In this document: in pieces, positions 25,818-37,099 of the stretch
Numbering within the stretch: the stretch's first letter is position 1
How the letters are laid out: each line of letters opens with the position of its first letter
NCBI RefSeq assembly: GCF_006345805.1
Contig: NC_042998.1
Span: 122,884,001-122,948,000, forward strand
Direction of reading: 5' to 3'
Source of the DNA: Octopus sinensis
Taxonomy: Eukaryota
Length of the DNA: 64,000 bases
Translations under genes and position numbers: made by a program
Notes under the pieces: generated by a model
The model's database searches: none
What the model was told of the DNA's origin: nothing
The model's input: only the letters and a program-made list of their open reading frames with translations

Positions 25818-26642
25818 TTATAATATCGTCGGCAAATTCCTGGCTATAGGAATGCTGCGATTGTTATCATCAATAATATAACTGTTATTAAGAATGCTGG
25901 TACTATTACCATTAACACCACCACTGTTAATAATCTGGTTAATGTTATTATCATTATTACTATTGCTCACGCTAATGCTGCTATGAATGTTGCTAATATC
26001 CATACTACTTCTATTATTATTATTATTGTATGTTACGTTGGAATGGGTAAGGGCGGTGTCGCTACTCATGGGTGGAGTGACCCTATTGAGCAGCTTATTA
26101 TTGTGGGAAGCTATTATCTGCGAAAGATTTTTAGTATTTGAGAATGCTATTCTTACTTTATGCGAATTTATAGTGGAGTAGTATCTAGAATTCCTAGGAA
26201 AATTCTTAGTAACGGCTTCACGGAAGTGTAAAGGGAGATTAGACCTGATTTGTCTCCCGAAAGGAATCACAAACCAAATATATTTTTTTTTGTTCTTGGA
26301 ATGGCTGAGAGTGTTGACATTTACATTAAAGGGTATATTTCTGTGTTGTAGAATGGGTTTAGGTTTACGCTGGCCTCCCCTGCTCCGTAAGTTATTATTG
26401 TAAAATATATTTGTGTCGACGTTGCTAGAGCTGAAATCACTATTTATGTTATTTATATTATTATTAGAAGTTATCTTATCTTGATGGGCAGATATTAGTT
26501 TAGGATGAGCCGGATCGATATATGATACATTATCCCTATAACCGGCCTTTGACAAGGCGGCATTATAAAATTCTGCTTTCTGTTTAAAAATGTCGACATT
26601 TGCTGATAACTTAGATAGTCTTAAGGATATATTTTTAACCAA
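25818..26642 (-). CDS. PLE RT C-terminal (thumb) region and Asn-rich linker; 5'-truncated, one frameshift before GIY-YIG
   Basis: KNISLRLSKLSANVDIF..FYNAALSKAGY; YIWFVIPF..KNFP..YYSTINSHKVRIAFSNTKNLSQIIASHNNKLL. Confidence 0.8.
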   Translation of the reverse strand: MVKNISLRLSKLSANVDIFKQKAEFYNAALSKAGYRDNVSYIDPAHPKLISAHQDKITSNNNINNINSDFSSSNVDTNIFYNNNLRSRGGQRKPKPILQHRNIPFNVNVNTLSHSKNKKKYIWFVIPFGRQIRSNLPLHFREAVTKNFPRNSRYYSTINSHKVRIAFSNTKNLSQIIASHNNKLLNRVTPPMSSDTALTHSNVTYNNNNNRSSMDISNIHSSISVSNSNNDNNINQIINSGGVNGNSTSILNNSYIIDDNNRSIPIARNLPTIL

Positions 26643-26665
26643 ATTATTTTGATGTCGACATAAGT

Positions 26666-26762
26666 TCCTTGATTTTCCTGATGAGAAATCTGCATAATGT
26701 ACTCCTTATTCCTTCGGAATTAGGAATATGCAGCCTTCGAAACATATTTCGAGAATAAAGGA
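26666..26762 (+). ncRNA. Hammerhead copy in the inverted pLTR, with GUC>UUC change
   Basis: CTGATGA at 26678; GAAACATATTTC at 26739-26750. Confidence 0.7.
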
Positions 26763-26829
26763 TATTTGTTAACTAGTCCTTCAACTCCATTCTTTCATAT
26801 ACTTATATATATATATATATATATATATA

Positions 26830-27545
26830 TTGGGTCAACCCATAAATAATGTGGTTTTTTTATGCTTCTTTTATTTTAAGATAAACAAAGTTCTTTTTTA
26901 ATCTAAAATATACTCTTCTCCATTTTCTACAATGGTCTTCCATCTAGCTGGTAAACTTGCAAGGCCCCTACTTGACGAAAAATACTCCTCAAGTGCTGTT
27001 CTGATTACAAAATTCATATTTTTTCCGTACAAATGATTTTGAAACTACAGAATAAATAGTAATCAAATAGGGCAATGTCCGGTGAATATGGTGGGTGAGG
27101 CATCGTCTCCAGCCTTTGTAATGTCATCCTCACTGTATGTGGCCGAAGATGGTCGATTTTCTTCTAGCGCTGACTCAAGCCGCTCACGTTGCTCGCTGTC
27201 GATCTCCTTTGTTATCGTTTGGTGTGGGTTTAAAAGTTCAGAGTGGACGAAACATTTCATATCCCACCAAACAGATAACAACACCTTATGTGGGTGAAGA
27301 CCTTATTTAGCCTGGGGTGCCGGTACTTCTCCTTTCCCAACACAATAATTTTGGCACTTGACATTTTTATAGATAATCTATATCTATCCAAAAAGGGTTC
27401 ATTCATGAGACGTGACAGCAAAGAAGAGCACAATTCGCTCTCTGTGCACGATTGGACTACGAAAGTTTGTGAGGAAACCACTGACCCAATCTGCCGACTT
27501 TTCCGATGGAACGCAGGTGCCGATGAATGGTTGAATGACCAAATC
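26830..27545 (-). mobile_element. Mariner (DD34D-type) transposase fragment with one TIR
   Basis: LLSVWWDMK..ELLNPHQTIT..EQRERL, then a HSPDIA/DY motif; TA|TTGGGTCAACCCATAAATAATG end. Confidence 0.85.
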
Positions 27546-27557
27546 CATGTATATGGG

Positions 27558-28088
27558 ATACATATGTTTCATAGCAGACGAAACATCAGAAGTAGTAAAA
27601 ATCCAAGCGAGGAGTATACCACCGTGTACACTTCAGGCCAAAGATATCTCATACTCTCTACATACATCTCTGTTCACTCTACACATTCTGATTGAATCAC
27701 CCATGCGTGAACATGTACTTCCTTGCGACAATGTAACTTTTAATTTAATCAAGATATCATTGGCCTGAAGCGTAGCCTGCGGTATATACCTCACTTGGAT
27801 TTTTACCACTTCTGAGGTTCTGCTCGCTATGAAACATATGTAGCCCGGATCTTTACAACTGCATTCCGTAACTCTTGTATTCTTATTCGCACACCCGGCA
27901 ATCCTGGTCACTTACCGTGGAATATAAAAGAATTTTTTCCAGCTTATCGTTCTTCGATACAAAAAAAAAACTATCCTCAACCTTCCATCTCAAGAAAGCA
28001 CTATTGTCCCTGAAAGTTGCTCTTTTTATATTTACTACGGATTGCTTGAAGCTAATTTTCTTCCTACACCTCGATCCTTGGATCTTAC

Positions 28089-28092
<4 letters not shown>
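27558..28092 (+). mobile_element. PLE foldback: ~90-bp inverted arms, ~100-bp spacer, hammerhead motif, ORF N-terminal tail
   Basis: 27558-27649 inverted against 27752-27845; GGC-CTGAAGC-GTAGC..GCTAT-GAAACATATGTA-GCC. The tail reads (frameshifted) FQLIVLRY..HLKKALLSLKVAL..DCLKL and ends at (CA)n. Confidence 0.75.
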
Positions 28093-28178
<86 letters not shown>

Positions 28179-28979
28179 GGGTTAGAGAGAGATACACATA
28201 CACACACTGCTTCCGATTTTATCCACAAAAACACACTCATAAAACAAAACACGCACACACATATATACACGCGCACATACACACACACACACACGCACAG
28301 AATGTTGTTTACTATTTCGTTTGTAGAGGATTATTGGTCTTTAGTATATTCTCCCTGAGGGGCTGTAGCTGATCAACTAAAGTGCCCAGGGAAATAAATT
28401 GGAGACTGTAATCCCGTACTGGGCGAAAATAAAAACGAGATCTTCTGTATATGTGGATGTGTGTCTGTGGTCTCTGAGGATGTATGGATAATACTAAAAG
28501 CAGCACTGATGAAATGTAAAGATATACATATGTGCTTATTTATATATTTATGTGTACATATGTGTTTATGTCTATAAATATATATACATTTCATCAGCAT
28601 TGGTTTTGGTTTATTTTTTGCTGTCGATGCCAATGTTGTTATTGATGTCGTAGTGGGTGCTACTTTCCTCGTCGTTCAGTGTCACTTCTTTTGTTTTACT
28701 ATTATTTCCCACGCGTATTTCTTGACTAGTCTCCTTGGATCGCTTTTTCATATATTATACTATGATTAATTTTTGTCCTTTGATCTGGTTTTCAAAAGAA
28801 TAATAAAAATCAAAGACTACAAAAATGTATTTTAGTAATTCTTTTAAAAACTGTATTTTCTAAAATAGAGATTATAAATCTAAAGGAAAATAAGGAAGCA
28901 GTACTTACCACCCCTTGGCGACGGGCTCGAAGATGACATGTTCCATTGCAAAGTTATTCTTCTCAATATTACACACACT

Positions 28980-29080
28980 AAAGGCGGCGAGCTGGCGAAA
29001 TGTTTGGCACTCTGGGCAAAACGCTTAGTAGAAATACCGTGTTTAAATTCTGAGTTCAAATTCTGCCAAGGTCGACTCTA
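28980..29080 (+). mobile_element. SINE family B, 5' part
   Basis: AAGGCGGCGAGCTGGCG..TTCTGAGTTCAAATTCTGCCAAGGTCGACT. Confidence 0.75.
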
Positions 29081-29099
29081 CGTGCCTGCTCTTCTTTCC

Positions 29100-29540
29100 G
29101 CCTTCTTTTGGTATATTTTTCCAGTTACTCTAATACTTTATCAACGACTATTGTATCAAACAGGCGAGCAATGGCCTTTTCCTCTTTCATGAATTTCCAT
29201 AATGCCCTGGCATGAATGATTTTTGTGCTTATCTGTTCGAATTTTCATGTTCCACAGCAGCTTCACGTAGTCGGCTTCAAAGATGCTATTTCGTTCATGC
29301 TCCTTCTATTTTTCCACTTTGGGATCCTATGTTTTTCCCTTTTTATAAATTCGCCAATATATGATTGCAGTAAATTTGTCGTATCTCCAATGAATATAAA
29401 GCTTCTGAGCAAATTTGTAATCTGAGACTGCAGGCGCAGCAGTCTCCCCTCTTTCGCTACAACATGACATATCTTCTCCTGTTTACTTGATCTTCCACCT
29501 GAAGACTTTCTACTAAAGTCCTCGTGTGATCCTTGAAAGA
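29100..29540 (-). pseudogene. Decayed R4/Dong LINE C-terminal fragment
   Basis: ..FEADYVKLLWNMKIRTDK.. resembles the KILWDF.IQTD motif. Confidence 0.45.
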
Positions 29541-29710
29541 GAAAGTTTTAGGAGTTAGTTGTTCACTTTGGACCTATGCATATAGCACAGACTTTTCGCC
29601 AGGAGTAACCCGTTACCGATACTATGTCTGGTGTCCTTTAAATAAGTAATATTTATCTTTAACTATATGGAATACTTTTTAGTTGATTTTTCTATCACGG
29701 AACAGTACAT

Positions 29711-29741
<31 letters not shown>

Positions 29742-29767
29742 TTATATATATATATATGTGTGTGTGT

Positions 29768-29810
<43 letters not shown>

Positions 29811-29863
29811 TGTGTGTATATATATATGTATATATATATATGTATATATATATATGTATATAT

Positions 29864-30205
29864 CTACTGTTGAGTCTGCTGAGAGTCATTTTCTTTTTAT
29901 GTCTTATAATTTAGTTTAACACTCTGACCGGTAAAATCTCTACTTATTTCTTATTTTCATTTTCCTAAAATTTTCGTTGCGGCATGGAACCTTTTCAATA
30001 GTTTTGATAGTCAAGACTATTGAAAAGGTTGCAAGGGGAAACAACTATTTTAGGAAAATAAAAATAAGAAATAGGTGGAAATTTTACCGGTGAGTGTGTT
30101 ATATTATAAGGCACAAAAGAAAATAACTCTCCTCAGACACAACAGAATATGCTTCAACACACGAACTCACATAAAGAATCTTGCAAACTAAATCCAAAAA
30201 CGAAA
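29864..30205 (+). mobile_element. Foldback element (~140-bp imperfect arms) plus tail, in (TA)n
   Basis: Centre AATAGTTTTGA-TAG-TCAAGACTATT; arms pair out to 29865/30145 (e.g. ACCGGTAAAAT / ATTTTACCGGT). Confidence 0.8.
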
Positions 30206-30260
30206 TATATATATACACATACATACACCCACACACACGTACCCCCCATATATATATATA

Positions 30261-30663
30261 TCTATATATATAAAACTGAAGTTGTGTGGTGTCTGTCTCC
30301 TACGAATTAGATTCCTAACTACTCCCACATTTTGCGGTGCAGTTTAACCAAAAGCGGGTATCTTATAGTCGTGATTCATATCGAGCCCTCCTGGGTATTA
30401 GCGCGCGTCTACAATGAGTCTACGATTTAAAAAAAATTACCATCATTTTTTTTCCATTTTTAATGCATTTTTTTTGCTATTATATAAGGGAAGTAGGTCT
30501 CTAAAATGTCTACGATGAGTCTACAATTTAAAAAAAAAATTTACCATGATTTTTTTCCATTTTTAATGCATTTTTTGCTATTATATAAGGGAAGTAACTC
30601 TCTAAAAATGCTTATATAGTTATTTCCCTTACAAACCCGAGCAACGCCGGGCGATACTGCTAG
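30261..30663 (+). mobile_element. Non-autonomous Helitron
   Basis: 5' TCTATATATATAAAA; 3' hairpin CCCG-AGCAACGC-CGGG followed by CTAG; inserted at A|T; internal ~100-bp tandem duplication. Confidence 0.85.
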
Positions 30664-30720
30664 TATATAATATATATATATATATACATACATGCATATA
30701 TACATACATACATACATATA

Positions 30721-31574
30721 CAAGGTGCGGTGAATAAATTACGCAAAACTTAAAATAACACTGACATCTCATTTTAACATATATATTTGCCAAAATTGTA
30801 TAAAAAGATTTTGAAATACTAAAGATTAAATTTATTCAATAAAATCGCTATTGGCTTCAACTACGGCCTCCAGACGACTTTGGAATATACAGCTACTCTT
30901 CTGGACGGCCTCCTTGTTTAAGTTGGTGAACGCCGCCAAAATCCTTGCTTTCAGTTCAGTTATGGTGTAACAAGGAGTTTTGTTTGTCTCTCGCTCAACT
31001 GCGCCCCAAACATAATAATCAATGTGGTTGCAGTTGAGAAGTTAGGTAGCTAGATGCTAGGGGTGATGTGGTCGCAGAAATTGTCTGACAGTCATGAACT
31101 GGGTTCTCCTACTTGTGTGACAAAGTGCAGAGGCTTGTTTGTTGACAGAAGGTCTTCCGTCAGCCATCCATTTGACCCAGTGCAGCACTACCTCCTCCAA
31201 GCCTTTGATGTAGGCTTCCGTGTTGAGTGTGAGGCCGTGTGGGAAGATGAATGGAGGCATAACGTCGATATCATTAGTAATCACCCCAAACACCATGTTG
31301 TTAACTAGATGTTTGACTTTTAATACCCTCGGCACACGCCCTCAGATTGCACTATCCTCAGTTTGACACTCGAACACTCCGAAGTGGTTATATTGGCGCT
31401 TTCGGAGCAAATACCACGCAGTACAGTAATATCGTTTCCGAATTTCTGGCAGAGTGAATTGCAATATGATGCTGTTTATCTCACAAACGGTGCCCAACTG
31501 ACCCTATTATAATGTGTAGTCGACAAAACCAGAAACAAACAATAAAATGGCGACAATTTACCCATCGCACCCTG
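30721..31574 (-). mobile_element. Internally deleted Tc1/mariner (maT/DD37D-like) element
   Basis: TA-flanked TIRs CAAGGTGCGGTGAATAAATT / AATTTACCCATCGCACCCTG. Transposase: MVFGVIT..PPFIFPHGL..KQASALCHTS, then a decayed P.SP..N..DYYVWG motif. Confidence 0.9.
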
Positions 31575-32619
31575 TAATATATATGTGTGTGTGTGTATGC
31601 ATATTATATATGCATATATATGTATATGTGCGTGCGCGTGTATATATACATATGCTCACACACACACACACGCACACACACACATACACACACACACACC
31701 ACACACACACACACACACGCACACGCACACACACACATACACACACACACACCACACACACACACACACATACACACATGGAGAGAAAGGGGAGAGAACG
31801 GGAGCCCTATATATAATATCTGACAACCAAAGAATACATACTATAAATTCTACATTGAAAGAAATAATTCAGTATATTTTGAGAAAATTCCTCTAACCGT
31901 TGTTGGACAATTTCCAACTTACTCAGCAAATCGCGCGGAAACCTAATTAAGAGTATGGTTTACGGCTTCATAACACACCGTCTTCCCATCGAACTGATCA
32001 GTAATGAAAAATAATGTTTTGATACTCCAGCGAAAACCTTATTTCTCTGCCAAAAATTTTCCTTGCCTGAAAATCTACCTTCGAATAGATGGTGAAGAAA
32101 GAATACGAGTAAGAATACAAATACAAAAAGGAATACAGATAATATTTAGCATGATACAACATGAAAGGCAATAATGATAGCATTTGGTTAGATGCAATAT
32201 GCTTAATATGTGTGACTTTCATATTTCACCGACATTGTACCTGAGAAATATAAGTGTTATTTCAAGAAGTGAAGGTGGGTTAGAAAGTAAGATATGTGAT
32301 TATAAAAGGTCAGAAATAAAGAGAAAGAGCATGATTTAATGGATGTTCGGAAAATTTTGCCCGTTCTAAAGAGAAGCGTTACTGACAAAACCATGATTTG
32401 AACGAAGTAAGAAAAACAAAACAATGAAAATCTACTGTCTCTTCGACCGGGGCTCAACCTTTACTGCTAACTTGTATCTATCTACTTAATGATTTCAAAT
32501 GTGGATAACAGACTATATTCTTTGGTAGATTAAATTGACGCACCTGATATGTTTGATATGTATGTTATTTGCTACATATTACAGGAAATAGACAATTACC
32601 TAGTGGTTTCAAGTTTTGA

Positions 32620-33330
32620 CACCAGTGCTCAACTGGTATTTATGTTGTATACTTCGAAATCATGAAAAGCAAAATCGACCTTCGCAGAATTTGAACTCAA
32701 GATGTAAAATCGGAGGAAATGCCGCTAAGCATTTCGTCCGGCTTGCTAAAGATTCTACCAGCTCGCTGTCTTAATAAATAATGACAAAAACAATTAACTC
32801 TTAGAGTTAGAGGATTTTTATTGAGAATGTCTAATGAGAGAAAAAAATACCGGAAGACTTTTAATTTAGTATTGTGTTCATATCAATAGGACAAAACATT
32901 AGGTGGCGAGCTGGCAGAATCGTCTACACACCGGGCGAAATACTTAGCGGTACTTTGTCCATCTTCACATTCGAGTTCAAATTTCACCAAAGTCGACTTT
33001 GCCTTTCATGCTTTCCGGGTCGATAAAATAAGTACCAGTCGAACATTGGGGTCGACGTAACCGACGTACACCTCCAACGAAATTGCTGGCCTTATACCAA
33101 AATTTGAAACCAATATAATGATAATAACAGAAGATAAACTGGTGAGCTGGCAGAATCGCTAACATATCCTACAAAATGCTTAGCAGCATATTGTTTATCC
33201 TTACGTTCTGAGTTCCAGTTTCGCAGAGGTCAATATTGTTTTTCATTCTTTCGGGGTCAATAAAATAAGTACGAGGTCGATGTAATCAAGTTGACCCCTT
33301 CCTCGAGATTGCTGGCCTTGTGCCAACATT
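32620..33330. mobile_element. Cluster of three SINE family B copies (32620-32772 -, 32900-33112 +, 33140-33330 +)
   Basis: Repeated GAGCTGGCAGAATCG / GAGTTCAAATT / AATAAGTAC motifs. Confidence 0.85.
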
Positions 33331-33884
33331 TATAATGTATATAATTACACTTCTATTACTATGTCACAGTTAAAAGAGCAATGTAATTTGGCTACAGTTG
33401 TCTCTCCTCAAATATTTACTAGCGACACATTCCTATGGTTTGATGTCGTTTGGTATTGTGTAAACAGCAGATAGTATAAATATTATAACACTCATTTTAC
33501 TGCAAGCTCTTATGTTGTAAATTTTAATAAAAGGAAATTGATAATTGATTCTATTTGAAACCGTAAGTAATATTCGCGAACAAATAGTCAGTTGATTACT
33601 TTGATTTCCTTTCAATTAAAAAAACTGAGACACACATTCAAGATATTTACAAATCAATTTGTCTAATGTTTTCTATTATATTCAGCTCTTCAAATTCATT
33701 TTACTTTTCTTCCTACCGTTTTAGATTCCAATTAAGAGAAAATACTTTCTTTTTTACCATTTGAATCCAGAGGAAAATGATAAATTCATGAAACTTTAAT
33801 GATGTCTAGAGTGTTGCATTATGGGAGAAATGAAGCATTCATTTTGCGAGGTTCGTAAGTTTACAAACAAGTCATAAATACACT

Positions 33885-34240
33885 CCCCTCCTCCTCCTCT
33901 CCTCCCCTCCTCTTCCTCCTCCCATCTTTTTCCTCCTCCTCCCGTCGTTTTCCTCCTCCTCCCGTCTTCTTCTTCTTCCTCCTCCTCCCCTCTTCTTCCT
34001 CCTCCTCCCTTCATCTTCCTCCTCCTCCGCTCCTCTTTCTCCTCCTCCGCTCCTTTTCCTCTCCACCTCCTTCTCCTATTCCTCTCCTCTTCATCTCCCT
34101 CCCCTCTTCCTCTCCTCCTCCTCCCCTCCTCTTCATCTCCCCTCGCCCTCCTCCTCCCCTGCCGTCTACATCGATATCGCCGTCGTCGTCGTTATCATCA
34201 TCTCCCTCCTCCTCCTCCTCCTCACCATCATCATCATTTG
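33885..34240. repeat. Polypyrimidine (CCT/CTT)n tract
   Basis: Direct reading. Confidence 0.9.
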
Positions 34241-34377
34241 TAAGTTTTCTGGTTTCGTCCTTGCCTTTCCTTTTTCTGTATCGATGATTATTAATCGAGA
34301 AACGGAATCAATGAAACCGACTAAGATTATCCGACTAAATATATTCCTTTTTTGTTATTATTATTACTAATTCTTTC

Positions 34378-34591
34378 TACTTTCACACAAGGCCATCAGT
34401 TTTGATGGGAGGGGGCAACTCGATTACATCAACACCAGTACTTAGCTGGTTCTTTATATTTCCGATGATTCCAAAGGGATAAAATCCAGCGTTGGCTTCA
34501 GTATGGTTTTGAACTCAGATCGTAAAAAGCCAGTAGAAATGTCACTTAGCGATTTGTTTAACGGCGCACGATTTTGCCAGCTCACCGCCTT
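34378..34591 (-). mobile_element. SINE family B, followed by (CAG/CAA)n at 34600-34740
   Basis: GATTTTGCCAGCTCACCGCCTT end. Confidence 0.75.
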
Positions 34592-34675
34592 GATAACCAT
34601 GGCAGCAACAGCAGAAGCAGCAACAGCAGCAGCAGCAGCAGCAACAGCAACAGCAGCAGCAACAGCAGCAACAGT

Positions 34676-34718
<43 letters not shown>

Positions 34719-34956
34719 AAAGCAATAACAACAGTAATAATCCCACTTTAACCTCTCTTGCTCACACTGTCTCCCTCGCTTTTACACATTTTCTCTTTCA
34801 CGCTTTCCCTCTCTTTTACTCTTTCTCTCTTTCATTCCCACTTACTAAAGTAAATATAATTCTATAGTCTTCGTTATAATCATTTAACTTCAGCTAAATT
34901 CCTTTATCTAAATCCCATTACGAAACATCTAGAATCTTCATTTCAATGGGGGCGCC

Positions 34957-34987
<31 letters not shown>

Positions 34988-35179
34988 CGATGTTGTAGCA
35001 GCAGCAGTAGCAGTAGTAAAAGTGGTAGTAGTGGTAGTAGTGCTAGTAGTAGTAGTGCTAGTAGTAGTAGTAGTAGTGGTAGTATAGAACAATAATAAAA
35101 CCCCTCTCTCATCTATCTTCCTCCTTTCTCTCTCTGACTTCCTCAGTGGTTGATAGACAGTCGGTAACTTAAAGCGAGT

Positions 35180-35815
35180 CAGAAACGCTAATTATAGCTG
35201 TTCAAGAACAAGCCAGTAGAACAAACCTGATAAAGACAAAGATTGACAAAACTCAGACAGACGGCAAACATAAGATCTGCAGGAAAGATGACGAAAGTAT
35301 CAAACTTTTGTGTGAGTGTAGTACAAAAGGAGTATAAAGCAAGCATGATTGTGTAGGTAAAAGTGTGCACTGGGATGTTAACCGAATGTGAGGCTTAAAA
35401 ACAATAAAAAAAGTTGTATGGAGACGAACCAGTGTCTGTGATAGAAAATGAGAATTACAAGATTTTGTGGGATTTCCCCATACAGACTAACCATACTATT
35501 GAAGCTAAAAGACCGTATGCGATCATTGAGGACAAAATAAACAATCACTATAAGATCACAGATTTTTTCGATACCCCATGATAGCAAAGTCGATGCCTAA
35601 AAAATTGAAAAATTTGCGAAATATCGGTGTCTAGTCTGTGAGGAAACCGTGCAAGACCAAGGCAACAATTACGCCTTTAGTAATTGCTGCACTTGGAGCA
35701 ACACCCAAAATACTACCTAAAAGATTGAAAGAGATTGGAATTGAAATTCATATTGTCGACCTGTAAAAAAGTACCATCCTGCAAGAATCCTAAGGAAAAT
35801 TCTTGAGATTTGAGG
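35180..35815 (+). pseudogene. R4/Dong LINE C-terminal (RLE endonuclease) fragment
   Basis: VHWD..VIENENYKILWDFPIQTNHTIEAKRP..KKIEK..KY..P.VIAALGATPK..ARILRKILEI. Confidence 0.8.
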
Positions 35816-35825
35816 AGATTGTTGC

Positions 35826-35998
35826 ATATCGGGCAAAATGCTTAGCGGCATTTCGTCCGACTTTATGGTATGAGTTCAAATTCCGCTGAGATCGACTTTG
35901 CTTTCATCCCTTTGGGGTCGATAAAATAAGTACCAACTGAGTATTGGGGTCAATTTAATCGACTTAACCCCTCTCCGAAGTGTACAAAAATTTGAAAC

Positions 35999-36000
<2 letters not shown>
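35826..36000 (+). mobile_element. SINE family B with (ATT)n tail
   Basis: Matches 32900-33112. Confidence 0.8.
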
Positions 36001-36036
<36 letters not shown>

Positions 36037-36062
36037 TTCTTGTTGTTGTTGTTGTTGTTTTG

Positions 36063-36096
<34 letters not shown>

Positions 36097-36570
36097 GTGA
36101 GAAAGTGACACGGAGGTACAAATGTACGAAACCTAATACACCCATCATGACTACCCGTCCAATAAGGGTACACTAGGCACATGCATCACATATGCGCGTG
36201 ACATAGTGATCTCAATTGAAGATAGGGACCAGTTAGAATTTTCTTCTGGTCGAGTAGCCCATCCCATTGAAAAAGGTCCCTGAATAAGTTTTGTTTAAGG
36301 ATGATGAACGAAATATACATGCTTCCAGATGTGAATTATTCAAACCCCAAAGATTTCCTCTCAACACATAGCTATGATGCTTCCCCCATTACTTCTGCTC
36401 GTGATCAGAGATGCACATATCGTCAGTCTTTAAGGAACATGGTCAACTAGTTCAGGTCAAGAAACTGACACACAAATCTGTGGCACTGAGCAGAATATTT
36501 GCTGTAGCCCATCTTTTGTAACAAGACAAAATAGGCACATGACAGGTTAATATCAAAAGCCATGAGAGTT
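36097..36570 (-). mobile_element. Unclassified repeat 'X' between (TAA)n tracts
   Basis: Reverse complement matches 63260-63795. Confidence 0.8.
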
Positions 36571-36601
36571 ATTATTATCATTATTATTATTATTATTATT
36601 A

Positions 36602-36660
<59 letters not shown>

Positions 36661-36661
36661 G

Positions 36662-36850
36662 GTCAGTAGCTTTATTTTTATAGCGTGCTTTCACTTCACT
36701 ACCGAGTGCAGCTCTGTGTGCCTTGGGGATGTGCTGTGATTTGTTGTGATGCTCTGGTGGTTACTGTATTGAAGGTGTTTTGCGTTAGATGTGTGCAGTG
36801 CCCAGTAGTGCAATTTTCTGTGTTATATGTGTTTGTAAGTCCTGCTGTTT
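36662..36850 (-). mobile_element. R4/Dong LINE 3' end within (TAA)n
   Basis: Matches 62710-62895 (..GTGAAAGCACG.TATAAAAATAAA.CTAC). Confidence 0.85.
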
Positions 36851-36861
36851 TTATTATTATA

Positions 36862-36935
<74 letters not shown>

Positions 36936-37007
36936 CATTATTATTGCAGTAGTAGTTGTTGTTGTTGTTGTTATTTTTTATTATTATTGAAGTTGTTGTT
37001 CTTGTTG

Positions 37008-37066
<59 letters not shown>

Positions 37067-37099
37067 GTAGTTGTTCTTTTCGTTGTTGCTGATTTGTCT

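Larger units (their letters stand above)
24458..26801 (-). mobile_element. 5'-truncated Penelope-like element with inverted pseudo-LTR, in (TA)n
   Basis: 156-bp inverted repeats (24615-24770 / 26646-26801, 3 mismatches); RT C-terminus and GIY-YIG ORFs inside; extra tail at 24458-24614; (TA)n on both sides. Confidence 0.92.

Noticed and set aside
25306-26642. Selenocysteine recoding, as reported for some Naiad PLEs
   Set aside because: No in-frame TGA in either ORF; the break between them is a frameshift.
31923-32066. 144-nt minus-strand segment with AG acceptor and GTAAGT donor
   Set aside because: Stop codons in all three frames. A non-coding exon cannot be excluded but is unsupported.
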